Shown one piece after another: positions 26,465 through 35,091 of a stretch of 50,929 nucleotides of DNA. Position 1 is the first letter of the stretch, and each line of letters opens with the position of its first letter. The translations under genes and the position numbers were made by a program. This stretch comes from Spartobacteria bacterium (GTDB lineage: Bacteria > Verrucomicrobiota > Verrucomicrobiia > Chthoniobacterales > Terrimicrobiaceae), in assembly GCA_046093785.1 (NCBI GenBank), contig JBJTGE010000021.1, forward strand, positions 1 to 50,929, in the 5' to 3' direction. Below the pieces are notes generated by a model. That model made no database searches, had not been told where the DNA came from, and saw only the letters and a list, made by a program, of their open reading frames with translations.

Positions 26465-26543
26465 CCTCCGATCCTTGAAAAAATCAATCCGGCACTGTCG
26501 AGCGCCCTCGACAGCGGCGGGCGGGCGCGGGTAAAAACGCCGG

Positions 26544-27410
26544 ATGACAAGCATGACAGGACACGGCCGGGGCGAGGGCCGGACCAAAACTTGGACGGCC
26601 GTGGTGGAGTGCCATTCCGTGAACCGCAAGACCGCCGAGGTCGTTCTGCACACGGATCGCAACGCCTTGCGGCTCGAGCCCGCTGTCCGCGAGCGCGTCC
26701 TCGAGCGGGTCGCCAGAGGGCGTGTGCAGGTGAATCTTTCCCTGAGCTGTTCGAAGGCGGCCGGACAGAGTTTTTTTGATGAGGATCGCGCCTTGGACTT
26801 TGTCAAACAGGCCCGCTCGCTGCAGAAAAAACTCGGGCTGGAAGGAGGCATCACCTTTGCCGATGTGATCGCGGCCCCCGGCGTCGTGCGGACGGCGGAT
26901 TCCCAGATCGACGATGCCGAGGAGGCCGTCATGGCGGCGTTGGATCACGCATTGGACGGCCTCGTGGCCACCCGCGCGCGCGAAGGCGCCGAGCTGCGAA
27001 AAGTGCTCTCCAAGGGCCTGGACAGGTTGGCCGCCATCGTTAAAAAAACAACGCCTCTTGCAGGCAAGGTCACGGCCTCCTATCGCGAGAGCCTCCACAA
27101 AAAAATTGCGCGCGCGGGCTTGAGCCTCGCGGCGGACGACCCCCGCCTTGCCGCCGAAGTGGCCATCTTTGCCGAGCGTTGCGACATCACAGAGGAACTC
27201 GAGCGCGCCTCGAGCCACATCGCCCAATTCCGGGAAAAACTCGACGCCAAGGGACCGGTCGGCCGCACGCTGGAATTCCTCACGCAGGAACTCGGCCGCG
27301 AATTCAACACGCTCGGCTCCAAGTCCGCCCACACCACCATTTCCCGCCTCGTCATCGAGGCGAAATCGGAACTCGACCGCATTCGGGAACAACTCGCCAA
27401 CATTGAATAA
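26544..27410 (+). CDS. yicC: YicC-family stress-induced protein
   Basis: MTSMTGHGRGEG N-terminus and C-terminal EFLTQELGREFNTLGSKS...REQLANIE. Confidence 0.85.
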   Translation: MTSMTGHGRGEGRTKTWTAVVECHSVNRKTAEVVLHTDRNALRLEPAVRERVLERVARGRVQVNLSLSCSKAAGQSFFDEDRALDFVKQARSLQKKLGLEGGITFADVIAAPGVVRTADSQIDDAEEAVMAALDHALDGLVATRAREGAELRKVLSKGLDRLAAIVKKTTPLAGKVTASYRESLHKKIARAGLSLAADDPRLAAEVAIFAERCDITEELERASSHIAQFREKLDAKGPVGRTLEFLTQELGREFNTLGSKSAHTTISRLVIEAKSELDRIREQLANIE

Positions 27411-28023
27411 CCTCACCATCCACCGCCAAGGCATCCTCTTCGTCATCTCCGCCCCGTCCGGAGCCGGCAAGACGACGCTCATCAGCTCGCTCCGCCAGAA
27501 GCAGGATTTCATTTACTCCGTCTCCTGCACCACCCGCGCGCCAAGGCCCGGAGAGGTTCACGGCGAGGATTACTTTTTTTTGAGCCAGGAGGAATTCCAG
27601 CGCCACATCGAGGCGGGGGATTTTCTCGAACACGCCGAGGTCCACGGCCGCTTCTATGGAACTCTGAAATCCACCGTGCTGAAGCACCTCGCGGCAGGGG
27701 TGGATGTCTTGCTCGATGTGGACACGCTTGGCGCGGCGAGCATCCGCGCGTGCGACGATCCTTTCATCCAAAGCGCGCTTGCCGATGTTTTCATCATGCC
27801 ACCGGGCCTTGACGAACTCGCGCGGCGTCTCCGCAAGCGCGGCACCGAGAGCGAAGAGCAGATCGCCACGCGCCTCCACAATGCATCCGGTGAAATGCAA
27901 AAATGGCGCGACTACCGATACACCCTCATCAGCAGCTCGATGGAGGAGGACATCGAAAAATTCCGTGCCATCATGAGGGCCGAGCGTTACATGAGCCGCA
28001 GACTCAAGCTGGATTTCACATGA
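27403..28023 (+). CDS. gmk: Guanylate kinase
   Basis: P-loop ISAPSGAGKTTL, SCTTRAPRPGEVHGEDYFF, FLEHAEVHGRFYGT. There is no in-frame ATG near the N-terminus. The in-frame TTG at 27403 gives (M)NNLTIHRQGILFVISAP and overlaps the yicC end by 8 nt. Confidence 0.85.
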   Translation: MNNLTIHRQGILFVISAPSGAGKTTLISSLRQKQDFIYSVSCTTRAPRPGEVHGEDYFFLSQEEFQRHIEAGDFLEHAEVHGRFYGTLKSTVLKHLAAGVDVLLDVDTLGAASIRACDDPFIQSALADVFIMPPGLDELARRLRKRGTESEEQIATRLHNASGEMQKWRDYRYTLISSSMEEDIEKFRAIMRAERYMSRRLKLDFT

Positions 28024-28565
28024 ACAAAAAAAATGTCATCCTCGGCGTCTCCGGCTCTATCGCCTGCTACAAGGCCGCCGAGCTGGCAAGCCGCCTCACA
28101 CAGGCCGGGCGGAATGTGAATGTCGTGATGACAAAACACGCCACGGAATTCGTCGCCCCGCTCACCTTCCAAACGCTCTCGCGCAATCCCGTCACCACAG
28201 GAATTTTCGACGAAAAGGAATCCTGGCATCCCGGCCACATCGCGCTGGCCGACTCGGCCGATCTGCTTCTCATCGCTCCGGCGACCGCAAACACAATCGC
28301 CAAGCTCGCCTGCGGCATCGCGGATGACGCGCTGACATCCATCGCCCTGGCCTCGCTCGCTCCCGTTCTCATCGCACCCGCCATGAATGGCAAGATGTGG
28401 ATGCACCCGGCCACGCAGGAGAATGTCGCCCGATTGAAAGCCCGTGGCGCCCGGTTTATAGGCCCCGAAGAGGGGCTTCTGGCCTGCGGTTACGAGGGGA
28501 TCGGCCGCCTCTGGGAGACCGCCGGAATTTTGGAAGAGGCCGAAAAAATCCTCGGCACCCAGTAG
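28020..28565 (+). CDS. coaC: Phosphopantothenoylcysteine decarboxylase flavoprotein (CoaC domain only, no CoaB half)
   Basis: ILGVSGSIACYKA, PAMNGKMW and LACGYEGIGR. 181 aa. ATG 28020 overlaps the gmk stop (ATGA). Confidence 0.8.
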   Translation: MNKKNVILGVSGSIACYKAAELASRLTQAGRNVNVVMTKHATEFVAPLTFQTLSRNPVTTGIFDEKESWHPGHIALADSADLLLIAPATANTIAKLACGIADDALTSIALASLAPVLIAPAMNGKMWMHPATQENVARLKARGARFIGPEEGLLACGYEGIGRLWETAGILEEAEKILGTQ

Positions 28566-28623
28566 CCCAGAAGCTCCTGCGCGAGAAAAAATTCATAAAA
28601 ATACTTTTTTTTGAAAAAAGATA

Positions 28624-28652
28624 TTGACGACAATCCGCGAGAAACTTATTCA
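28624..28652 (+). promoter_or_regulatory. Candidate sigma70-type promoter of the histone-like gene
   Basis: TTGACG (28624-29), a 17-nt spacer, then TATTCA (28647-52), in an AT-rich tract. The -10 lies inside the first of two 20-nt-spaced GCGAG-N4-TTATTCACA repeats. Not experimentally supported. Confidence 0.35.
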
Positions 28653-28726
28653 CAGCGCGAGTGAGTTATTCACATGATGTTCACAACAAATTTCCCGCAT
28701 ATGCGGAGAGAAAGGGGGGATATTAA

Positions 28727-28930
28727 ATGCCAGTAGCAAAGAAACCTGCCGCTAAAAAACCCGCTGCTAAAAAGCCAGTTGCTAAAAAAGCAGCCGCTGC
28801 CAAGCCAGCCGCCAAGAAAGCCGTTGCCAAAAAGCCAGTCGCCAAAAAAGCGCCTGCGAAAAAGGCTCCAGCCGCAAAGGCCCCAGCTAAAAAGCCCGCT
28901 GCCAAGAAAGCAGTGGCCAAGAAAAAATAA
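28727..28930 (+). CDS. Histone H1/Hc2-like Lys/Ala/Pro pentapeptide-repeat DNA-binding protein (67 aa)
   Basis: [41 protein letters not shown]... The whole protein is KK(P/A)(A/V)A repeats. Strong SD-like GAGAGAAAGGGGGGA 7-20 nt upstream, and its own terminator. Confidence 0.8.
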   Translation: MPVAKKPAAKKPAAKKPVAKKAAAAKPAAKKAVAKKPVAKKAPAKKAPAAKAPAKKPAAKKAVAKKK

Positions 28931-28958
28931 CATTCCTGTCCCAGGACAGGTCTTAACC

Positions 28959-29000
28959 AAAATGGAAGAAGTCGGAAGGCTTCTTCCATTTTGTTTTTTT
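28959..29000 (+). terminator. Rho-independent terminator of the histone-like gene
   Basis: Perfect 13-bp stem AAAATGGAAGAAG / CTTCTTCCATTTT (28959-71 / 28980-92) with an 8-nt loop, followed by G-TTTTTTT (28993-29000). Confidence 0.9.
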
Positions 29001-29077
29001 GGGATGCCGCACAAATCCGCACACGGCTTTTTCAAATCGTGCTGGATGACGCGGAAGGGCGGGCTTAATGTCCCCGC

Positions 29078-30862
29078 GTGAGTTACCGAGTTTTCGCCCG
29101 CAAATATCGTCCGCAAACATTCGCCGAAGTCGTCGGGCAGCATCACATCACCCGCACACTTCAGAATGCGGTGAACTCGAGCCGCCTTGCGCAGGCCTAT
29201 CTTTTTGTGGGGCCGCGCGGGATCGGCAAGACCTCCACCGCCCGCATTCTGGCAAAGGCGCTGAACTGCGAGTCCGGTCCCACGGCCGAGCCGTGCGGCA
29301 AGTGTCCGGCGTGTTTGGAGATTGCCGAGGGACGAAGCCTCGATGTCATCGAGATCGACGGAGCCAGCAACAACGGCGTGGAAAATATCCGCGACCTGCG
29401 CGACAGCGCGGCCTACGCACCCACGCGCGGGAAATTCAAAATCTACCTGATCGACGAGGTGCACATGCTCAGCACTGGCGCATTCAACGCCCTGCTCAAA
29501 ACGCTCGAGGAGCCGCCGCCGCATGTGAAGTTCATTTTCGCGACCACCGAGGCGCAAAAAGTTCCGGCAACCATCACCAGCCGCTGCCAGCGTTTCGACC
29601 TGCGCCGCATCCCGACGCCCCTCATCAAAAAACACCTCCTCTTCATCGCGGAGAACGAAAAAATCCAACTCGACGGCGAGGCGGCGGATGCCATTGCGCG
29701 CGGCGCGGAGGGCGGATTGCGCGATGCCGAGAGCATGCTCGACCAGATGGTCGCCTTCTGCGGCGAGCACATTCGGGCGGGTGATGTCATGGATGTCTTC
29801 GGCTTCACGCCGCATGAAGTCGTGGTGGGCCTCGCGGACAATTTGTTTGCGGGAAATGCCAGCGCGGCACTCGACACGGTGGCGGCGCAATCCAACCTCG
29901 GCAAGGACCTCTCTCGCCTCACCGCTGAGCTTGTGTCGCATTTGCGCGACCTGTTGGTCACCCAGGCCACTGGCGGCGAATGTGCGATTTCACAAGGCAA
30001 GCTCCTGGATTTGGTGGATCATTTCAGCGCGGCCGAATCCGCCATGAAGTGGGTCGCCGACAAGAAACTCCAACTCGATGTGGCCGTCATCAAAGCCCTC
30101 CACCTTTTGGATGAAACCAGCCTCACGGATGTTATCGAAACCTTGACCGGCCTCTGCAACGGCGAGCCGCCTGCGCCGCGTGCGGAGCGTCCGGCGAGGG
30201 TTGCTCCCGTGGCGCTCATGCCTCCGCCTGCTCCAGAACCTGCTCCTGAAAAGGTTTCGCCTCCGAGCCCGGCACCCGTGCCCTTGCCCGAGCCCGCAGC
30301 ACCGGTTCTGAGCGCGCCACACGAGCCGCAGCCTGTGTTGGAGATGGAGGCCCCGAAGCCGGCTCCGGCTGTTGTGCGAACCCCTCCGCCTGTCTTGCCA
30401 AAAGCCGCGCCTGCGCCAGCTGCCGATCCTGCGGCTCCGGTGGATGCCGCCCTTTGCTGGGAGCGCATCGCGGCGGAGTTTTCCAAGAACTCGGTGATCC
30501 GTTTTGGCTGGTTCCGCGAGGGGGGTTTCGACCGCCTCGAAGGGGGGCGCCTGATTGTTCGTTTCCCGGCCGCGCTGCAAGAGGCCGGCAACTCGATGTT
30601 CATGGAAAAGGGCATCAAGGACATCGAAGCCCGCCTGCTTCAGGATTTGGGCCAACCGACGAAGATCGTTTTTGAATTCGACGAGGCCCTGCAAGCGGCA
30701 GCTCCCGAGCCGGAGCCTCAACCGGAACCCGAAGCGCCCAAGGCCGCCGAGCCTGTCGTGGAAGCACCGCCGGTGGATCCGATGGAAGAATTTCTCAATG
30801 ATCCCCTGATCGAAAAAGCCCTCGAAATTTTCAAGGGCACTCTACAAACTCAAAAAATATGA
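29078..30862 (+). CDS. dnaX: DNA polymerase III subunits gamma/tau
   Basis: GTG start. YRVFARKYRPQTFAEVVGQ, Walker A GPRGIGKTSTAR, zinc module CESGPTAEPCGKCPAC, DEVHML, SRCQRF. Pro/Ala-rich linker. Confidence 0.92.
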   Translation: MSYRVFARKYRPQTFAEVVGQHHITRTLQNAVNSSRLAQAYLFVGPRGIGKTSTARILAKALNCESGPTAEPCGKCPACLEIAEGRSLDVIEIDGASNNGVENIRDLRDSAAYAPTRGKFKIYLIDEVHMLSTGAFNALLKTLEEPPPHVKFIFATTEAQKVPATITSRCQRFDLRRIPTPLIKKHLLFIAENEKIQLDGEAADAIARGAEGGLRDAESMLDQMVAFCGEHIRAGDVMDVFGFTPHEVVVGLADNLFAGNASAALDTVAAQSNLGKDLSRLTAELVSHLRDLLVTQATGGECAISQGKLLDLVDHFSAAESAMKWVADKKLQLDVAVIKALHLLDETSLTDVIETLTGLCNGEPPAPRAERPARVAPVALMPPPAPEPAPEKVSPPSPAPVPLPEPAAPVLSAPHEPQPVLEMEAPKPAPAVVRTPPPVLPKAAPAPAADPAAPVDAALCWERIAAEFSKNSVIRFGWFREGGFDRLEGGRLIVRFPAALQEAGNSMFMEKGIKDIEARLLQDLGQPTKIVFEFDEALQAAAPEPEPQPEPEAPKAAEPVVEAPPVDPMEEFLNDPLIEKALEIFKGTLQTQKI

Positions 30863-31170
30863 ATATCGCAAAAATGATGAAGGAAGCGCAGCGCATGCAG
30901 GAACGCATGGCGGAAGCGCAGGTCGCACTGGCCAGCCGCAAAATCGAAGCCACCACCGGCGGCGGCAAGGTGAAGGTCACGGCCACAGGTGCTGGCGACA
31001 TCACAGCCATCAAAATCGACCCGCAAGTTGTGGATCCGAATGATGTCGAGATGCTCGAAGACCTTGTTCTCACGGCAGTGAAGCAGGCGCTCGAGGATGC
31101 GAAAAAACTGGGCAGCGATGAAATGGGCAAACTCACAGGCGGAATGAAAATTCCCGGCCTCTCGATGTAA
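30859..31170 (+). CDS. ybaB: Nucleoid-associated protein YbaB/EbfC
   Basis: [17 protein letters not shown]...[25 protein letters not shown] overlaps the dnaX stop (ATGA). Confidence 0.9.
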   Translation: MNIAKMMKEAQRMQERMAEAQVALASRKIEATTGGGKVKVTATGAGDITAIKIDPQVVDPNDVEMLEDLVLTAVKQALEDAKKLGSDEMGKLTGGMKIPGLSM

Positions 31171-31739
31171 TGTCTGTTTGCTCCGACCAATGGATCCGCC
31201 GCATGGCGGTTGAACGCGGCATGATCGAGCCCTTTGTAGACGGTCAGATCAAGAAGACCGAGTCCGGCGAGCGCGTCATCAGTTACGGGCTCTCGAGCTA
31301 CGGCTACGACCTCCGCGTCTCGAACGAGTTTAAGGTTTTCACCAATGTTTTTGGAAGCGTGGTGGACCCGAAGGCCTTTGATGACCGCTCTTTTGTGGAC
31401 ATGGAAACCGATGTGTGCGTCGTGCCGCCCAATTCCTTCGCCCTCGCCCGCAGCGTGGAGTATTTCCGCATTCCGCGCGAGGTGCTCACCATCTGCGTCG
31501 GCAAGTCCACCTACGCGCGTTGCGGCATCATTGTGAATGTGACGCCCTTCGAGCCGGAGTGGGAGGGTCATGTGACACTGGAAATTTCCAACACCACGCC
31601 GCTGCCCGCCCGCATTTATGCGAATGAGGGTCTCGCGCAAGTCGTGTTTTTCGAGTCCAAGGAGACTTGCGAAACGAGCTACGCCGACCGTGCCGGGAAA
31701 TACATGGGCCAGCGAGGCATCACGATTCCAAGAATGTAG
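31170..31739 (+). CDS. dcd: dCTP deaminase
   Basis: [12 protein letters not shown], and [32 protein letters not shown]. 1-nt overlap with the ybaB stop. Confidence 0.9.
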   Translation: MSVCSDQWIRRMAVERGMIEPFVDGQIKKTESGERVISYGLSSYGYDLRVSNEFKVFTNVFGSVVDPKAFDDRSFVDMETDVCVVPPNSFALARSVEYFRIPREVLTICVGKSTYARCGIIVNVTPFEPEWEGHVTLEISNTTPLPARIYANEGLAQVVFFESKETCETSYADRAGKYMGQRGITIPRM

Positions 31740-31768
31740 CGCATCCCGCGAAGGCGCGGAGAAGCATT

Positions 31769-33175
31769 ATGGAATACGACTTCGTGGTCATCGGCGGGGG
31801 CAGCGCTGGATATGCCGGCGCAAGGACGGCGGCATCCCTCGGGCTTCGCACGGCCGTGATCGAAGGCGGGCGCGAGGTTGGCGGGCTTTGCATCCTTCGC
31901 GGCTGCATGCCGAGCAAGTCGCTGCTGGAATCCGCCCGGCGCTTCCGTGTTCTCCAGCGCGCGGAGGAATTCGGCCTGGCGTGTGACAACCCCCGCTTCG
32001 ATGCCACAGCGATCATTGCAAGAAAACGCCGCCTCATCGCGGAGTTCGCCGACTACCGCAAGGGCCAACTGGAATCCGGCAGGTTCGATTTTTTTCGAGG
32101 ACACGCGGAATTTTTAGATGCCAACAAAGTTCGCATCGTGTCGGTGGACGGCACCTCCACAAGCATCACGGGAAAATCTTTTCTCATCGCCACCGGGTCC
32201 GAAATCTCTGTGCCCCCTGTGCCAGGCCTTGCCGAAGCGGGCTGCCTGACGAGTGATGACATCCTCGATCTCGAGGAAATCCCCAAGTCGATCATCGTGC
32301 TCGGGGCGGGGCCTGTGGCGCTGGAGATGGCCTCCTACTGCAGGGCATTCGGGTGCGAGGTGACCATCATTCAGCGAAGCCCGCAGATTCTGCGCGGAAG
32401 CGACTCCGATGCGGCGGCCGCTTTGGAAGAAGGCCTGCGGGCGGATGGCATCACGATCCACACAGGGACAAAACTTTTGCGTGTCGAAAAGGAAGGCCGT
32501 GGCATGCGTGTTGTTTTCGAAAAAGACGGCACCACCAACACCCTTCATGCCGAGCGCGTCCTGAACGCACTCGGGCGCAGTCCATCACTGCGCGGGCTGG
32601 AAGTGCTCGGGCTCGCCATGGTCGGCGGTCGCCTGAAAGTCAGCCCCGCGCAGGCCACATCGGTGCCCCACATTTTCGCGGCCGGCGATGTGTGCGGCGG
32701 ACTCGAAGTCGTTCATATCGCCATCCAACAAGGAGAAGTTGCCGCCACGAATGCCGCGATCCACTTAGGGCGTCATCAATCTGCACCGCCTTCGATGGAC
32801 TACCGGCTGAAACTTTTCGCGGTCTTCTCGGATCCCCAATTTGCGAGCGTCGGAGCCACCGAGGCCGAGTTGGATGCGGCGGGCATTCCTTTTCTCACGG
32901 CGACATACCCCTTCAACGACCATGGAAAATCCCTCCTCATGGGAGAGACCCACGGGTTTGTGAAACTCACGGCATCACCCGCCACCGGAGAAATCCTCGG
33001 CGGTGCAGTCGTGGGCCCGGAGGCGTCCGAACTCATCCACGAAGTCGTCATGGCCATGCGCTACCGCGCCACCGCACGGGAGTTTGCAGCCGTCCCTCAC
33101 TACCATCCCACACTCTCCGAAATCTGGACTTATCCGGCCGAAGAGATCGCGGATCAGACTATCACAGCCCCTTGA
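31769..33175 (+). CDS. Class I pyridine nucleotide-disulfide oxidoreductase (dihydrolipoyl dehydrogenase/mercuric reductase-like flavoprotein)
   Basis: FAD fold YDFVVIGGGSAGY, redox disulfide GGLCILRGCMPSK, NAD fold IIVLGAGPVALE, dimerisation motif HYHPTLSE. Start at MEYDFV (ATG 31769). Confidence 0.8.
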   Translation: MEYDFVVIGGGSAGYAGARTAASLGLRTAVIEGGREVGGLCILRGCMPSKSLLESARRFRVLQRAEEFGLACDNPRFDATAIIARKRRLIAEFADYRKGQLESGRFDFFRGHAEFLDANKVRIVSVDGTSTSITGKSFLIATGSEISVPPVPGLAEAGCLTSDDILDLEEIPKSIIVLGAGPVALEMASYCRAFGCEVTIIQRSPQILRGSDSDAAAALEEGLRADGITIHTGTKLLRVEKEGRGMRVVFEKDGTTNTLHAERVLNALGRSPSLRGLEVLGLAMVGGRLKVSPAQATSVPHIFAAGDVCGGLEVVHIAIQQGEVAATNAAIHLGRHQSAPPSMDYRLKLFAVFSDPQFASVGATEAELDAAGIPFLTATYPFNDHGKSLLMGETHGFVKLTASPATGEILGGAVVGPEASELIHEVVMAMRYRATAREFAAVPHYHPTLSEIWTYPAEEIADQTITAP

Positions 33176-34163
33176 GGAGGCCGTGCAAGTGCTCCGGGAT
33201 GGCGCGGAGGCCGCGGGCGTAGCGGTTGTCTTGGACACCATCGAGTTGGTCGATGGCTTCGGAGATGAGCCTGTTGGCTATGGCCTTGGCGTTATCGATC
33301 GTGCCGGCCTCTTGGAGGATCCCGGCGAGGGCGGACGTGCTGCCGGGTTCGTCGTTGAGAAGCATGTCGCGCAGTCGGCTGACATCTTTTCCCGATTGGA
33401 GCATGAGCAGGACGGGGAGGGTGAATTTTCCTTTTTGGAGATCGGTGCCGAGTGTTTTGCCGGTCTCCTCCTCGTTGCCGGCGAAGTCGAGGATGTCGTC
33501 GTAGATTTGGTAGGCGACGCCGAGTTTGGTGCCGAAGGTTTTGAAGCATCCGATCACGGCGGGGCTGGCTTCGCTGATGAACGCGCCCAGCTCGCAGGCG
33601 GCTGTGAACAGGGCGGCGGTTTTCATTTCGATGATGCGGTAGTAGTCGGCCGTGGTCAGCTTGAGGTCGAAGCGGCGCTGGGTTTGGATGATCTCGCCGG
33701 AGCAAACCTCGGAGGCGGCGTCCGCAATGCGGCGGCAGATGTCGCTGTTGCTGAAATTCGTGGAGAGCTTGAGCGCGTGGGCGAAGAGGACATCGCCGAG
33801 GAGGACGCTGATGGAGTTGCCCCACTTGGCGTTGGCGGAGGGTTGGTCGCGGCGGAGTTCCGCGCCGTCGATGATGTCATCGTGGACGAGCGTCGCGATG
33901 TGGATGAGTTCAAGGATCACCGCGAGATCCACATGGCCGGGGGTGATTTTTCCTGTGGCTCCGGCGGAGAGAAGCGCCAGAGCGGGTCGCAGGCGTTTGC
34001 CGCCCGCGCCGCAGATGTAGGAGACATAGCCTTCCACGGCGGGATCGAACGACTTGGCCTGGGCGCGGATGCGTTCCTCGACTGTGTAGAGGTGTGGATT
34101 GATGAGTTCAAATGCCTCGGCGAAGGATAGGAACTCGGAGTTGCTCGTGGTGGATGTGGGCAT
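33162..34163 (-). CDS. Long-chain trans-polyprenyl diphosphate synthase (IspB/HepT-like)
   Basis: First Asp-rich motif LVHDDIIDGAELRR and second motif YQIYDDILDF. The 3' end overlaps the convergent flavoprotein gene by 14 nt. Confidence 0.85.
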   Translation of the reverse strand: MPTSTTSNSEFLSFAEAFELINPHLYTVEERIRAQAKSFDPAVEGYVSYICGAGGKRLRPALALLSAGATGKITPGHVDLAVILELIHIATLVHDDIIDGAELRRDQPSANAKWGNSISVLLGDVLFAHALKLSTNFSNSDICRRIADAASEVCSGEIIQTQRRFDLKLTTADYYRIIEMKTAALFTAACELGAFISEASPAVIGCFKTFGTKLGVAYQIYDDILDFAGNEEETGKTLGTDLQKGKFTLPVLLMLQSGKDVSRLRDMLLNDEPGSTSALAGILQEAGTIDNAKAIANRLISEAIDQLDGVQDNRYARGLRAIPEHLHGLLKGL

Positions 34164-34175
34164 CGGACGGATTTT

Positions 34176-34988
34176 CTAAAAAGATGCGGCTTTTGCGGTG
34201 AGAATGCGGCGGACGATACAGAAGGGGATGGCAAGGGCAACGGCGACGGCTGCCGCGAGAAGCGGGCCGGGAATGACGCGGGCGCGGTCGTTGGCCACGG
34301 CGCGGAGGCCATCGCGCACAGCTTCGGCAGCGGAAACGACAAAGGCCGGGAAGGTTTCAAAATGGGAGGCCTGATCCTGCTCGCCGGGGCGGGTGGCGAT
34401 GTCGAAAAACTCGGTCGGCACGGGTCCCGGACAGAGGGCGGTGACGGTGATGCCTCTCGGACGCAATTCGATCGCAAGCGCCTCCGACAGGCTGGTGACA
34501 TACGCTTTTGTGGCCGAGTAAACCGCCATGTTCGGCAGAGGGAAAAATCCCGCCACGCTGCTGACATTGAGGATGGCTGCCCGGCCGCAAACGAGCATTC
34601 GACCGACAAGCAGATGGGTCAAATGCGTGAGCGCGGTGATATTGAGGTCGATCATCTCCTGCACGCGGGTCCAGTCGCTCGACTCGAAATGCCCGTGATC
34701 GCCGAGGCCGGCGTTGTTGATGAGGAAATTGATATCGAGCTTTTCGTTGGCAAGCCAATCGGCCAGCGCGTGGCGACGGTCGAAGCGGGTCAGATCGGCC
34801 TCGTAAACGCGGATATCGAGTTGGGGGTGGATCGAGCGCAGCGTCGAGGCGAGTTCCTCCAGACGGTCTTTGCGACGGGCCACCAGAACGAGGCGCGAGG
34901 CGAACGGGGCGAGTTGGCGCGCGAATTCCGCCCCCAGTCCGGAGGATGCTCCTGTGATCAATGCCGTGCAGCCTTCAAAAAATTTCAT
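34176..34988 (-). CDS. Short-chain dehydrogenase/reductase (SDR) with a C-terminal hydrophobic tail
   Basis: TGASSGLG cofactor motif, NNAG, catalytic S...YSATK. Start at MKFFEGC (ATG 34988-86). The ORF-track N-terminal extension is discounted. Confidence 0.85.
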   Translation of the reverse strand: MKFFEGCTALITGASSGLGAEFARQLAPFASRLVLVARRKDRLEELASTLRSIHPQLDIRVYEADLTRFDRRHALADWLANEKLDINFLINNAGLGDHGHFESSDWTRVQEMIDLNITALTHLTHLLVGRMLVCGRAAILNVSSVAGFFPLPNMAVYSATKAYVTSLSEALAIELRPRGITVTALCPGPVPTEFFDIATRPGEQDQASHFETFPAFVVSAAEAVRDGLRAVANDRARVIPGPLLAAAVAVALAIPFCIVRRILTAKAASF

Positions 34989-35091
34989 GATATGTGAGCG
35001 GATGGATTTTGCCGTCGGTCCGTGCGATAGGTTTACGAACGCGGGAGGCGGCTGGTTTCCCGATATTGCGGATAGGGAACGGGCGGCGTTC

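Noticed and set aside
25070-26932. Long N-terminal extensions of several track ORFs: rseP 620 aa, SDR 411 aa (34176-35411), dxr 531 aa (21715-23310), ABC ATPase 310 aa (415-1347), speA 684 aa (14372-16426) and gmk 291 aa (27148-28023).
   Set aside because: The extensions overlap neighbouring genes or have Arg/Pro/Ser-rich non-protein-like composition. Conserved N-termini and start/stop overlaps (ATGA/GTGA) support the shorter starts given in the features.
28723-29022. A 99-aa minus-strand ORF and other frames overlapping the histone-like gene.
   Set aside because: It is a reverse-complement reading of the Lys/Ala repeat DNA, giving Phe/Leu/Ala-rich nonsense. The + strand gene has an SD, a promoter-like region and a terminator.
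28931-29077. Possible SRP (4.5S/ffs) RNA upstream of dnaX, a common location in other bacteria. The segment CCAGGACAGGTC...GGAAGAAG vaguely recalls the SRP domain IV motif.
   Set aside because: The region is fully explained by a small hairpin plus a textbook 13-bp-stem/U7 terminator of the histone-like gene. The conserved SRP helix-8 sequence and closing 5'/3' helix are not present.
29620-29640. An A-run (ATC AAA AAA CAC) in dnaX as a candidate programmed -1 frameshift site producing gamma.
   Set aside because: It is not a proper X XXY YYZ heptamer in frame. It also lies at about codon 183, inside the ATPase module, so a shift there would give a non-functional fragment. I saw no downstream stimulatory structure.
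30180-30450. Pro/Ala-rich periodic DNA in dnaX, with similar tracts in infB (about 44150-44500) and the TolC-like gene (47080-47330), considered as possible tandem repeats or arrays.
   Set aside because: These are in-frame low-complexity linker regions of real proteins, with no exact repeat units or spacers. They are not CRISPR or VNTR-like.
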